39,891 bases of DNA from Bacteriovoracaceae bacterium (GTDB lineage: Bacteria > Bdellovibrionota > Bacteriovoracia > Bacteriovoracales > Bacteriovoracaceae). A program made the position numbers and the translations under genes. The DNA lies in assembly GCA_049599895.1 (NCBI GenBank), contig JBMYPC010000009.1, positions 1-39,891 on the forward strand, read 5' to 3'. The notes beneath the pieces are model-generated. The model worked only from the letters and a program-made list of their open reading frames with translations. It was not told the origin of the DNA and searched no databases. Positions 26,621 through 36,327 of this stretch are shown here, piece by piece; within the stretch, counting starts at the first letter, position 1; every line of letters starts with the position of its first letter.

Positions 26621-27349
26621 TTATAATTGATACACATCAAAACGAACAAGTTTGGCTTCAATAATACTTGTAGGTTTAATTTTAAGAAGCTCTGGTGCCT
26701 TAGGATGTCTTTTAATTATAAGCTTCCCAGCATTTGAGCCTAAGAGAAATTCTGCGAATTCCACTTGGTCCCTATCCTCACCAACTTCATCTTTAATCCA
26801 TTGAATGGTTTTACTGGGAGTACTTTTACTTCTAATATCTTGAAACATAGGATCGTAGTAAAGGATGTCATTTTGATCTGGCCTAAACTGATCATCCTCC
26901 ATGGCATTTCCATGAATTAAATCCCAGCTGTTAAGATATTCTTTTTGATACTCTTGGTTTAAAATGAGTTCTTGAATGACCTTCAAAAACCGCTTGAAAA
27001 CGTTTTCGTTTCTTTCATAAGAGATAAGCTTATGAACATTTTTCTGCTGCCTAGAGAGATTTTCAAGATAACTCCAAAGAAAAAGACTATCAATTCCCCC
27101 ACCAAGAGTAAGGTCGTAGACTTGTCGATAGGGAGCTTTTCCTAAGGCCTTTCTTAGGGGATTATTGGAAGTATCTGACATGAGAGATCTAAGCTTTTTC
27201 GCAAGCTTTTGGACCTCTTGGGCTTCGTCTTTATAAAGACTCTGCCCATCATTTGCCTCAACCGGAGGACTTTCTTTTGAAGCCCCAGTATTACAGCTAG
27301 ATAACACTGTGCGCGTAAAAATTTTCTTAGACTCAAGTTCAGCATTCAT
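26621..27349 (-). CDS. rsmJ: Class I SAM-dependent methyltransferase, RsmJ (16S m2G1516)-like
   Basis: VYDLTLGGGIDS, YERN, YYDPMF, IIKRHPKAP and RFDVY resemble RsmJ motifs; start uncertain. Confidence 0.68.
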   Translation of the reverse strand: MNAELESKKIFTRTVLSSCNTGASKESPPVEANDGQSLYKDEAQEVQKLAKKLRSLMSDTSNNPLRKALGKAPYRQVYDLTLGGGIDSLFLWSYLENLSRQQKNVHKLISYERNENVFKRFLKVIQELILNQEYQKEYLNSWDLIHGNAMEDDQFRPDQNDILYYDPMFQDIRSKSTPSKTIQWIKDEVGEDRDQVEFAEFLLGSNAGKLIIKRHPKAPELLKIKPTSIIEAKLVRFDVYQL

Positions 27350-27436
27350 CGACGAAATCTTGATGAATATGATACGCTTTGTCTATATTTTTAAGATTTT
27401 AAGACATTGTCTTCAAACCACACACAGAGGATGTTC

Positions 27437-30400
27437 ATGAGTACAACACTTGAAAACCAAGAATCTCAAAATGAAACAACTAAAACGTCTTATCCCCTAG
27501 GCCTTCCCTACAATCTTGAAACTTTGCCCAGAGAAAAAAGAAAGTATTATATCGGACCTGATCAAGAAGAAATTGAGGCTATGCTTAAAGAGTTGAAATT
27601 AACTTCATTAGAAGAGCTCTTCTCTCATATTTCAGACGACGTAAAATTTAAGACAGCGCCTCAATTTGAAACAGGTTATAGCTACGAGAATTTAAAAGCT
27701 CACGTGGAAGAACTTTCAAAAAGAAACCGCGTCTGTACAAACTTTATTGGTGATGGTCTTAAAGATTTTAAACCTCATAATATTATCGGTGACATCTGCA
27801 ATATTCGAGGTCTTACGACGGCCTATACCCCATATCAACCAGAGAGATCACAGGGAACACTCTACACTCTTTGGTTTTATTCAAGTTGTATGAAAGAACT
27901 TACAGGTTTTGAAGGGATCAATGCTTCTCTCTATGAAAGGTCTACTTGTCTTTATGAAGCCCTCCATACAGCAAAACGTCTATTGAGAAAAACCCAAACC
28001 AAGGCCTTAATTGTTGGTGCCATTTATCCAGGCGATAAAGAAGTCTTAGAGACCCTAAGCGAACAAACTCAGCTTGAAGTTGAGTTCTTTCCCGTTGATT
28101 CAAAAACCGGTGTAGTCGACATCGATTCTCTGAAAGATCACCTTGAAAGAAATAATGATTACTGCGCACTTGCTTTCAACCAGATCAATCACCTTGGTCT
28201 TCACGAACAAGTTCATGAACTCACAGACCTAGCAACAGCCCATAAGATAAAATCCATTGCCATTATCGATCCCATTATGAGTGCAACTGGTGGCCTTCTT
28301 CCTCCAAGTCAATTTGGATCAGAAGGCCAAGGTGTTGATATTATCGTAGGAGAAGCCCAACACCTCGCTCTTGATCTTAACTATGGAGGTCCAGGACTTG
28401 GTCTTTTTGGAATCCGTTATAACGATAACGATAGAATCTCGATTCGATCCACTCCAGGACGTTATGTAGGAAAGGCCAAAGACCAAAGTGGTCAAGACTG
28501 TCTGACCATGGTTCTTTCCACTCGAGAACAACATATTAGAAGAGATAAGGCCACATCCAACATCTGTTCAAATCAATCTTTTGTCGCGACTCTTGCTGGT
28601 GCCAATATGCTAGCACTAGGTGATCAAGGAATGTCTGAAAAGATAAAAAGAGCAAAAGAAAACTGCCAAACGTTTCTCGAGAAGGCCCTTTCTTTAGAAG
28701 GAATTGATCTTGCTTTTGAAAATACCAATTTCTGGAATGAAGTCACTCTAAAACTAGACCTCAGAGATTCAAATGATCTTGATGAACTTATCTTAAAAGC
28801 AAGTGAACAAGGTCTCCATATTGGAGTCAACGTCACCAATCGAACGCAAACAGAGAAACCTCTTCTTCTGATCTCTTTTTACGAGCATCATTCAAAAGAA
28901 GACATTGAAAACCTCATCACGTTTCTTAAAGATTCATTTCAAAATGAATCAAAAACGGATTTTAATCTCCAGTTTGATAAAGAATATTTACGAACAGATT
29001 CTCCAACAATCCCTCAAATTGAAAGAGATGAACTTCTTAACTTCTATCAAAAGCTTGGAGAGCTTAACTTTAGTCCCGATGATAATGTTTATCCTCTCGG
29101 TTCCTGTACCATGAAGTACAATCCTTATATCAATGATTATGCGGCAGGACTTAAAGGCTTTCAAAAGATCCATCCTCAAGCCCCATTAAAAGATGTGCAA
29201 GGAAACCTTGAAATTCTTTATAAAACTCAAGAAGAGTTCAAGGCCATTACAGGTCTTCCAGGAGTCACAACTCAACCGGTCGCAGGAGCTCAAGGAGAGC
29301 TTGTTGGACTCAAGTTGTTTCAAGCCTACCATAAAGAAAACTCCAAAACTCAAAGAGACATGATTCTTATTCCAAGGTCGGCCCACGGAACCAACCCCGC
29401 CACGGCAACTGTCGCTGGATTTGTTTCAGGAAAAACAGAACAGGGACGGCCCACAGGAATCATCACCATTAATGCCAATTCCGAAGGACAGATGGATCTT
29501 GAACAAATTAAAGACATTGCTTCTCAATATGGAGATCATATTTGTGGAATAATGGTCACAAACCCCAATACTTCAGGAATTTTTGAAAATAACTTTAAGG
29601 CCATGGCCGATATCATCCATGAGGTCGGAGGGTTCGTTTACATGGATGGGGCCAATATGAATGCCATCGCTGGCTTCGTTGATCTTGGCAAACTTGGAGT
29701 TGATGCCGTTCATAATAACCTTCACAAAACGTGGACCATCCCCCACGGTGGAGGAGGCCCAGGAGATGCGATCGTCGCCGTTAGCGAAAAGCTCATCCCC
29801 TATCTTCCAGGAATTCAAGTTCTCAGGACAGAATCAGGTTATGAACTTCAAAAGCCAGAGAAGTCCATCGGAAGCTTTCATCGTCACTTTGGAAACTTTG
29901 CTCATAAAGTTCGCTCGTACACCTATATTAGGGCCCTTGGCCCAGAAGGGGTAAGACAGATGTCTGCCATTGCCGTTCTTTGTTCACAATATCTTTTGAA
30001 ACAAGCGAAGAAATATTATCCAACTCTTCCTGAAGGAACAGAAAAAACTGAAAGAATGCATGAGTTTATTATCACTCTTAGTAAAGAGATGTTTGACAAG
30101 CTTGCGACTGTTGGAATCCCTAAAACAAAGGCCATGGGACAAGTAGGAAAAGTCTTTCTCGATTTTGGTCTTCACGCGCCAACAGTTGCCTTTCCTGAGC
30201 CACTAGGAATGATGATTGAACCAACAGAGAGCTTCACTAAAGATGAGCTTGATCGTTTTGTTGATGTCTTAAAATCTATCGCAAAACTTATTCTTGAGCA
30301 TCCTGATATCGTTGCGAAGGCGCCACTTAGAACTCCTATTTTAAAAGTTCAAGAAGTAGAGGCCAATAAAAAGCCCGTTCTTTTTGAAAAGATACTGGAG

Positions 30401-30493
30401 CTTCCCAAAATTCCAAATGCTCAATGGCAGCCGCAGGAAATGATGAAACAATCAGTTGAAGAGATTTTTAACGATATCCGAAAGTCTAATTAG
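27437..30493 (+). CDS. gcvP: Glycine dehydrogenase (decarboxylating) P protein, fused GcvPA-GcvPB
   Basis: TAYTPYQPERSQG, TREQHIRRDKATSNICSNQ, PLGSCTMKYNP, SAHGTNPA, DGANMNA, NLHKTWTIPHGGGGPG (PLP Lys), MIEPTES. ATG 27437 has a GAGG RBS; the track starts at 27407. Confidence 0.94.
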   Translation: MSTTLENQESQNETTKTSYPLGLPYNLETLPREKRKYYIGPDQEEIEAMLKELKLTSLEELFSHISDDVKFKTAPQFETGYSYENLKAHVEELSKRNRVCTNFIGDGLKDFKPHNIIGDICNIRGLTTAYTPYQPERSQGTLYTLWFYSSCMKELTGFEGINASLYERSTCLYEALHTAKRLLRKTQTKALIVGAIYPGDKEVLETLSEQTQLEVEFFPVDSKTGVVDIDSLKDHLERNNDYCALAFNQINHLGLHEQVHELTDLATAHKIKSIAIIDPIMSATGGLLPPSQFGSEGQGVDIIVGEAQHLALDLNYGGPGLGLFGIRYNDNDRISIRSTPGRYVGKAKDQSGQDCLTMVLSTREQHIRRDKATSNICSNQSFVATLAGANMLALGDQGMSEKIKRAKENCQTFLEKALSLEGIDLAFENTNFWNEVTLKLDLRDSNDLDELILKASEQGLHIGVNVTNRTQTEKPLLLISFYEHHSKEDIENLITFLKDSFQNESKTDFNLQFDKEYLRTDSPTIPQIERDELLNFYQKLGELNFSPDDNVYPLGSCTMKYNPYINDYAAGLKGFQKIHPQAPLKDVQGNLEILYKTQEEFKAITGLPGVTTQPVAGAQGELVGLKLFQAYHKENSKTQRDMILIPRSAHGTNPATATVAGFVSGKTEQGRPTGIITINANSEGQMDLEQIKDIASQYGDHICGIMVTNPNTSGIFENNFKAMADIIHEVGGFVYMDGANMNAIAGFVDLGKLGVDAVHNNLHKTWTIPHGGGGPGDAIVAVSEKLIPYLPGIQVLRTESGYELQKPEKSIGSFHRHFGNFAHKVRSYTYIRALGPEGVRQMSAIAVLCSQYLLKQAKKYYPTLPEGTEKTERMHEFIITLSKEMFDKLATVGIPKTKAMGQVGKVFLDFGLHAPTVAFPEPLGMMIEPTESFTKDELDRFVDVLKSIAKLILEHPDIVAKAPLRTPILKVQEVEANKKPVLFEKILELPKIPNAQWQPQEMMKQSVEEIFNDIRKSN

Positions 30494-30513
30494 AAAAAAA
30501 GAAATTTGTGGAA

Positions 30514-30548
30514 AAGGGAAAAGCACAGTCAAATTGCGCTTTTCCCTT
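30514..30548 (+). terminator. Intrinsic terminator after gcvP
   Basis: AAGGGAAAAGC (30514-30524) / GCTTTTCCCTT (30538-30548) inverted repeat, 20 nt after the stop. Confidence 0.7.
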
Positions 30549-30750
30549 CTTACACATCCCACTTAAGAATCTATCCTATTTCTTCAAGTGGAACTCACGA
30601 GAGAGAGAAAGAGTGTAAATAAGTGTTAACAACCATTGACCAACTTTGCTACACAGTATGTAAAAATAACTCTCTTTTAGTTGAACACAAGTGAGACACA
30701 AATTGTGTTTCATTTTGTAACTATTTAATATTACGAGGAAATTCTCATTC

Positions 30751-32376
30751 ATGAACACAGCTGAAGTAAACGATCGTTGCACATTTGCCATTATCTCTCA
30801 CCCTGATGCGGGTAAGACAACAATGACAGAGAAGCTCTTGTGGTTTGGGCAAGTGATTCGAGAAACAGGAATGGTAAAGTCAAAACAAGGTCAGTATGCA
30901 AAATCTGATTGGATGGAGATGGAAAAAGAAAGAGGGATCTCGATAACCTCTTCAGTTATGTCTTTTCAGTTTAATCAAAGAAGTTTGCATTTGCTCGATA
31001 CACCCGGACACAAAGACTTTTCAGAAGATACCTATAGAACTCTCACTGCTGTTGAATCAGTTCTTATGATGATTGATTCAGCAAAAGGTGTTGAGGAGCA
31101 AACGAAAAAGCTTATGGAAGTTTGTCGATATCGTGACACTCCTATTGTCACCTTTATGAATAAGTTTGATCGAGATGCCATGGATCCGTTTGAGCTTATT
31201 GATAATGTTGAAAAGATTTGCTCGATTCAATGTGTTCCATTAAGTTGGCCTGTGGGATCAGGTGTAGACTTTAAAGGTGTCTATGACCTAAGAACAAAAA
31301 CCATTAAACTTTTTGGTGATGGTCACGATCCTCAAAACCCAAAACTCGTTGATGCCAGTGACTTTAACTCAAAAGAATTTCTTGATGTCATTGGAGAGGC
31401 CAACAAAGACCAGCTTGAAGAAGACCTCACAATGATTTCTGAACTCATGCCTCAGTTCAATGAGGAAGAATTTCTAGCAGGTATTCAAACTCCTGTATTT
31501 TTTGGTTCGGCTCTTTATAATTTTGGAGTCAAAGAAGTCATCGATTTTATCTCAAATCAATGTCCAGGGCCTAGGCCTCGCGAGGTTATTAAATCCCCCT
31601 ATGATGATAGCGCTGAGAAAAGAGACGTTGAACCTCAGGAGAAAAAGTTTACTGGGTTTATTTTTAAAATTCAGGCCAATATGGATAAGCGCCATAGAGA
31701 CCGTATTGCTTTTTTAAGAGTCTGCTCAGGTGTTTTTAAAAGAAATCAAAAAATCTTTCATTCTCGTACAGCCAAAGATATTCGAATCGCAACTCCTCTC
31801 ATTTTTCAGGCCAGAGATCGCGAGATCGTTGAGGAAGCCTACCCTGGAGACATTATTGGACTCTATGATTCAGGAAAATATCAAATTGGTGATACGTTCA
31901 CAGAAGGTGAAAAAATCCAATACACAGGTATTCCAAGCTTTGCTCCAGAAATTTTTCAACAAGTGACTTTAAGAGACCCCCTAAAAGGCAAACAACTTGA
32001 TAAAGGACTCAGACAGCTTTCAGAAGAAGGGGCGGTTCAGCTTTTTAACAGAGTGGCACTTCAAGAAAAAGTTCTTGGTGCCGTGGGAATGCTTCAATTC
32101 GAAGTTGTGAAATTCCGCTTAGAAGATGAATATAATGTTGAAGGAAGCTATGGTTCTTACGCATTAGCTGGAGTGCGTTGGCTTAAATTTGATACTGACA
32201 AAATCAAAAATGAATTTATCGCCAAATATAACTCTGTCTTATATACTGATCATAAAGATCGGTTATGTTACGGAGTAAAATCTCCTTGGGATCTGAAACT
32301 TGCAAAAGAAAAGTTTCCTGACGTAAAATTTTACAAGAACTCGGATTATACGCAACTTGACCAAGATTTTGTTTAA
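30751..32376 (+). CDS. prfC: Peptide chain release factor 3
   Basis: TFAIISHPDAGKTT, SDWMEMEKERGISITSS, DTPGHKDFSEDTYRTL, FKIQANMDKRHRDRIAF, QLSEEGAVQ. Confidence 0.97.
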   Translation: MNTAEVNDRCTFAIISHPDAGKTTMTEKLLWFGQVIRETGMVKSKQGQYAKSDWMEMEKERGISITSSVMSFQFNQRSLHLLDTPGHKDFSEDTYRTLTAVESVLMMIDSAKGVEEQTKKLMEVCRYRDTPIVTFMNKFDRDAMDPFELIDNVEKICSIQCVPLSWPVGSGVDFKGVYDLRTKTIKLFGDGHDPQNPKLVDASDFNSKEFLDVIGEANKDQLEEDLTMISELMPQFNEEEFLAGIQTPVFFGSALYNFGVKEVIDFISNQCPGPRPREVIKSPYDDSAEKRDVEPQEKKFTGFIFKIQANMDKRHRDRIAFLRVCSGVFKRNQKIFHSRTAKDIRIATPLIFQARDREIVEEAYPGDIIGLYDSGKYQIGDTFTEGEKIQYTGIPSFAPEIFQQVTLRDPLKGKQLDKGLRQLSEEGAVQLFNRVALQEKVLGAVGMLQFEVVKFRLEDEYNVEGSYGSYALAGVRWLKFDTDKIKNEFIAKYNSVLYTDHKDRLCYGVKSPWDLKLAKEKFPDVKFYKNSDYTQLDQDFV

Positions 32377-32393
32377 GAGTTGGAGCATTATTA

Positions 32394-33014
32394 ATGAGCA
32401 TTCTTGATGATCTCGAAAATTCAATTGAAAGACCAGGTATGCTCATTGCAAAGCCCCCAGAATACGATATGGGAGTTGAAGAGATTCCCACTCTTTCTAA
32501 AACGAGTACTCCTTTAAACCTAATACTCAGTCATTCCAAGCAATCTGAAATTGCCAATTTTGAACAAATTCAAATCCTCGATGCCGCTGTTGAATTCTTT
32601 GATAAAGAAACCACGAATGCTCTTATTCTTAAATCGAGGATGAAAAAACAAAGTCTTCTTGAATATGTGAGCTGGGCATTAAATAAGGCCCTCGAGAGTT
32701 TAAGCCTTGAAAAGACCCCGATCATTCTGGATTTAGAAAAGCCTCAAACGGGAATCTCTACTGAGCCAAAATTTCTCGTGGTTTATAATGGTGGTAAGGC
32801 CGAATTTAAAAAACCTCATGCAAAAACCCAATTTGTCTATGTGCCACCAATCCTTAAGCTAGATAATATTGAAATGGATCCTGAAGCTCCCTATGCTCAT
32901 GATAAAATGAGTGCTTCCATTTTTGTTTGGAATGAAATGCTTAGTCTTTCTTGCCAATCCCATGAAGATCTTAAATATCCTCTTCTCGATGCTTGGAAAG
33001 AGTTTCTAATCTAA
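32394..33014 (+). CDS. Hypothetical protein
   Basis: 206-aa ORF with a GGAG RBS, 17 nt after prfC; 3' end overlaps the purM stop. Confidence 0.65.
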   Translation: MSILDDLENSIERPGMLIAKPPEYDMGVEEIPTLSKTSTPLNLILSHSKQSEIANFEQIQILDAAVEFFDKETTNALILKSRMKKQSLLEYVSWALNKALESLSLEKTPIILDLEKPQTGISTEPKFLVVYNGGKAEFKKPHAKTQFVYVPPILKLDNIEMDPEAPYAHDKMSASIFVWNEMLSLSCQSHEDLKYPLLDAWKEFLI

Positions 33015-33998
33015 AAGAACTTTCCCACTTCCACTTGAAACATTTCCAAGATAACTGGCCGGTGTTTGAAGTTCTGAATTTAAATAATTAAGGGCCTCTT
33101 CACATTGATCCTTTTTAACCACGGCAACCATACCAATTCCCATATTAAATGTTTCATAAAGCTCAAGCTTATTAAGACCTGTTCTTCTTGCGATCTCATT
33201 CATGACCTCAGGACGATCACTATCACTTGGAAGATCAGTCAAGTTGTAATCAAACTTTTGACTCATGCGAGGAATATTATGGATACCACCACCGGTAATA
33301 TTAGATACTCCTTTAAATGAAGAACCCAGTTTTTTTCTAAGCCTTAAGACAGAATCCACATAAATTTTTGTTGGGGTGAGAAGTTCCCTTTTAAGATCGA
33401 ACTCATCATCTTTTAAGACTTTTCGAACAAGGCTATAACCATTTGAATGAAAACCACTTGAATGAATCGAGATAAGGCAATCTTCATCTTCAAAATCATG
33501 AACAAAGCGCTCATCGTTTGAGACCATTCCTACAGCAAACCCTGCAAGATCAAGCTTTCCATCGGGATACATTCCAGGCATCTCAGCGGTTTCCCCACCA
33601 AGTAATGCCATTTGAGATTGCAGACAGCCTTCAACAATTCCAGAAAGGATTTCTTTTGAAACCTTTGCTTCGAACTTTCCCGTGGCGTAATAATCAAGAA
33701 AAAATAAAGGTGTCGCACCAACACAAATAAGATCATTGACACACATTGCGACGAGATCAATCCCAACAGTGTCGTAAATCTCCGTTTGGATTGCAAGCAT
33801 GAGTTTCGTTCCCACTCCATCAGTCGCAGCTACCAGACTTTTATTTTCATCTATTTTATAAAGACCTGCAAAGCCACCTATTCCTTGCTCAACCGAAGGA
33901 TTAAAAGTTTTTGTAACCATAGTTTTAAGTGTTTCAACAAAAGCATCTGTTTTTTCAACATCAACTCCGGCATCTTTGTAATCAATTTTATCGCTCAT
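33006..33998 (-). CDS. purM: Phosphoribosylformylglycinamidine cyclo-ligase (AIR synthetase)
   Basis: YKDAGVD, TDGVGTK, DLVAMCVND, GGETAEMPG, SSGFHSNGYSLVR, TFNMGIGM. Confidence 0.97.
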   Translation of the reverse strand: MSDKIDYKDAGVDVEKTDAFVETLKTMVTKTFNPSVEQGIGGFAGLYKIDENKSLVAATDGVGTKLMLAIQTEIYDTVGIDLVAMCVNDLICVGATPLFFLDYYATGKFEAKVSKEILSGIVEGCLQSQMALLGGETAEMPGMYPDGKLDLAGFAVGMVSNDERFVHDFEDEDCLISIHSSGFHSNGYSLVRKVLKDDEFDLKRELLTPTKIYVDSVLRLRKKLGSSFKGVSNITGGGIHNIPRMSQKFDYNLTDLPSDSDRPEVMNEIARRTGLNKLELYETFNMGIGMVAVVKKDQCEEALNYLNSELQTPASYLGNVSSGSGKVLLD

Positions 33999-34009
33999 GA
34001 TCTGACCTT

Positions 34010-35551
34010 TTAATGGTTGAAATGCCTTGTCCCAGTTAAGACCATTGATAGCCCCAATTCATCTGCAGCTTCAATAACCTTATCATCTTTAATACTTCCA
34101 CCAGGTTGGACAACCATTTTGATTCCATACTCAGCAGCAAGTCTTACTCCATCATCAAATGGGAAAAAAGCATCTGAGATTAAGACAAGATTTGAAAAAT
34201 CTGTAATCCCATTATGTTTTGCTTTTTCAGCAGCTTGTTCAATACTAATAAGCCGATTAGGATTGCCCATCCCTGCACCAATAAGCTGAAACCCACAGTC
34301 GGTTTTTTGCACCAATGAAATCGCGTTTGATTTAAGATATTTTGTTGCAGAAATACCAAAACGGATAAGCTGATCCTCACCTTTAATCTGTTCATTTTTC
34401 GTCACAAGTTTGAATTCGTTCTCAAGAACATGATCACAGTCTTGAATCACCATTCCGCCATTGATACGACGAGAGACCATCTCGTTTTTTGAAAGAGAAC
34501 TCCCATCAAGTTGAATAACCCTTAAATTCTTTTTTGTTTGAAGGATTTCAAGGGCCTCTAAAGAGAAATCTTTGGCGATAATCACTTCAATAAAACGAGA
34601 TGTTAAAAACTCAGCTTCGAGTTGAGAGACTTTCCAGTTGAGGGCAATAATACTTCCAAAGCTACTAACAGGATCTCCATTCCAAGCCAGCTCTAAAGCC
34701 TCAAGGGGTCTCTCTGATATGGCCTGACCACATGGATTTCCATGCTTCACAACAGTGGCGCAAAACTCACCAAATTCAGAAAGAGCATAGCAGCTTCTCA
34801 AAGCGGCATCGCAATCAAGAAGATTATTATAACTTAAAGGCTTGCCTTGAATGGGTGTCACTCCGGCCAGCCCCTGGTTATTGTGAAGAACAAAGCCTTT
34901 TTGGTGAGGGTTTTCTCCATAACGAAGTTCTCTTTTTTCAGAATAAGTTTCTTCAAGGGCCATTTCTGAACAAAGAGTGGTTGCAATCATTTGGTCATAA
35001 TTGGAAAGAGTCGAGAAAACTTTTGCGGCAAGATTTTTTCGAAATTCAATCGATGTGCTTTTATTTTTTTGAAACTCAGCAATAAATTGATCGTATTGTG
35101 AGGGACAGCTCAAAACGGTGACATCATGAAAGTTTTTAGCAGCAGCCCTAAGCATTGTAGGCCCCCCCACATCAACTGATTCAATAAGCTCTGAAAGATC
35201 ACTTGTTCTTTCTAATGTTCCTTTGAAATCATAGAGATTCACCACAACATAACTAATCTCAGGAATCTCAAGCTCTCGAATTTGTTCGCAGTCTTTTTGC
35301 TTTGACCTTCGAAAGAGAATCCCACTACAAATTTGAAAACTTAAAGTTTTCATTCTTCCGTCAAAAGCTTCTGGATTCCCCGTGACTTTCTCAACGGCCT
35401 GGACATCAAGACCAAAGGATTCAAGGTACTTTTTTGTTCCTCCTGAACTCAAAAGTCCAACTCCAGCTTCACTTAAAGTTTTTGCGACTTTTTCCAGTCC
35501 TGTTTTGTCGGTGACACTAAGAAGAGCAAACTTTTTGTTTTCTGTCATCAT
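34010..35551 (-). CDS. purH: Bifunctional AICAR transformylase / IMP cyclohydrolase
   Basis: ALLSVTDKTG, SSGGT, DVGGPTMLRAAAKN, LRYGENPHQ, KHGNPCG, SDAFFPF, QPGGSIKD, RHFNH. Confidence 0.96.
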   Translation of the reverse strand: MMTENKKFALLSVTDKTGLEKVAKTLSEAGVGLLSSGGTKKYLESFGLDVQAVEKVTGNPEAFDGRMKTLSFQICSGILFRRSKQKDCEQIRELEIPEISYVVVNLYDFKGTLERTSDLSELIESVDVGGPTMLRAAAKNFHDVTVLSCPSQYDQFIAEFQKNKSTSIEFRKNLAAKVFSTLSNYDQMIATTLCSEMALEETYSEKRELRYGENPHQKGFVLHNNQGLAGVTPIQGKPLSYNNLLDCDAALRSCYALSEFGEFCATVVKHGNPCGQAISERPLEALELAWNGDPVSSFGSIIALNWKVSQLEAEFLTSRFIEVIIAKDFSLEALEILQTKKNLRVIQLDGSSLSKNEMVSRRINGGMVIQDCDHVLENEFKLVTKNEQIKGEDQLIRFGISATKYLKSNAISLVQKTDCGFQLIGAGMGNPNRLISIEQAAEKAKHNGITDFSNLVLISDAFFPFDDGVRLAAEYGIKMVVQPGGSIKDDKVIEAADELGLSMVLTGTRHFNH

Positions 35552-35559
35552 GATAAACC

Positions 35560-36309
35560 TTATTGAAAATTGTTATGATTTTGAATGTACTCAACAGCAT
35601 TTTTAAAAAGATGAAGCCCAAGTGTTGGGTTTTGATCCCAAGTTAAACGGTCGGGATGAAGTTCTGGATAAAGATAAGCCTCGGGATGAGGCATAAGACC
35701 AAGGACATTGCCTTTTTCATTACAAAGACCGGCGATACTTTCAAAACTGCCATTGACATCCTCGTCATAAAGAAGGGGTGCATGGCCATCATCAATCAAT
35801 TTCTTTAAATCATCTTGAAAACTTTCATCAACAATAATTCGTCCCTCTCCATGTCTTATTGGTAGATCAAGTGAACCAATCCCCTTGGTCCAAAGACATC
35901 GCTCTCCAGAAGTTCGAAGTCGAGTCCAGCGGTTAATAAACTTTGCACTTATATTCTCGGTAAGCGCAACTTTTGAAGCAACTTCGATATTGGGTAAAAT
36001 ATTGAGTTTCATTAAAACCTGAAAACCATTACAGATCCCAATCACGGGATGGCCTTTCTCAACAAATTCAAAAAGGGCCTCTTCAAAAAGACTTTTCAAT
36101 TTGAGAGCAAGAATCTGCCCACTTCCTAGTTCATCTCCAAAAGAAAACCCTCCAGGAAGAACTAATCCCTTATAGCTTTTTAAAAGGTTTGGGTTTTCAG
36201 AGAAAGAACTTATGTGAACAATATCTCCATCTCCTCCAGCCTCTTTTATTGCAAGGAGGGTTTCTTTTTCACAATTAATTCCATCACCACTTAAAACTAA
36301 AAATTTCAT
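35560..36309 (-). CDS. purQ: FGAM synthase glutaminase subunit
   Basis: GINCEKE, PGGFSFGD, GICNGFQ, HGEG, GLMPHPE. Confidence 0.95.
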   Translation of the reverse strand: MKFLVLSGDGINCEKETLLAIKEAGGDGDIVHISSFSENPNLLKSYKGLVLPGGFSFGDELGSGQILALKLKSLFEEALFEFVEKGHPVIGICNGFQVLMKLNILPNIEVASKVALTENISAKFINRWTRLRTSGERCLWTKGIGSLDLPIRHGEGRIIVDESFQDDLKKLIDDGHAPLLYDEDVNGSFESIAGLCNEKGNVLGLMPHPEAYLYPELHPDRLTWDQNPTLGLHLFKNAVEYIQNHNNFQ

Positions 36310-36327
36310 GACCCTATCCTTAAACCC

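Noticed and set aside
27350..27436. Glycine riboswitch upstream of gcvP
   Set aside because: Only 87 AT-rich nt, with no aptamer motifs.
30576..30791. 71-aa minus-strand ORF in the prfC upstream region
   Set aside because: Overlaps the prfC start in antisense, with no recognisable motif or RBS.
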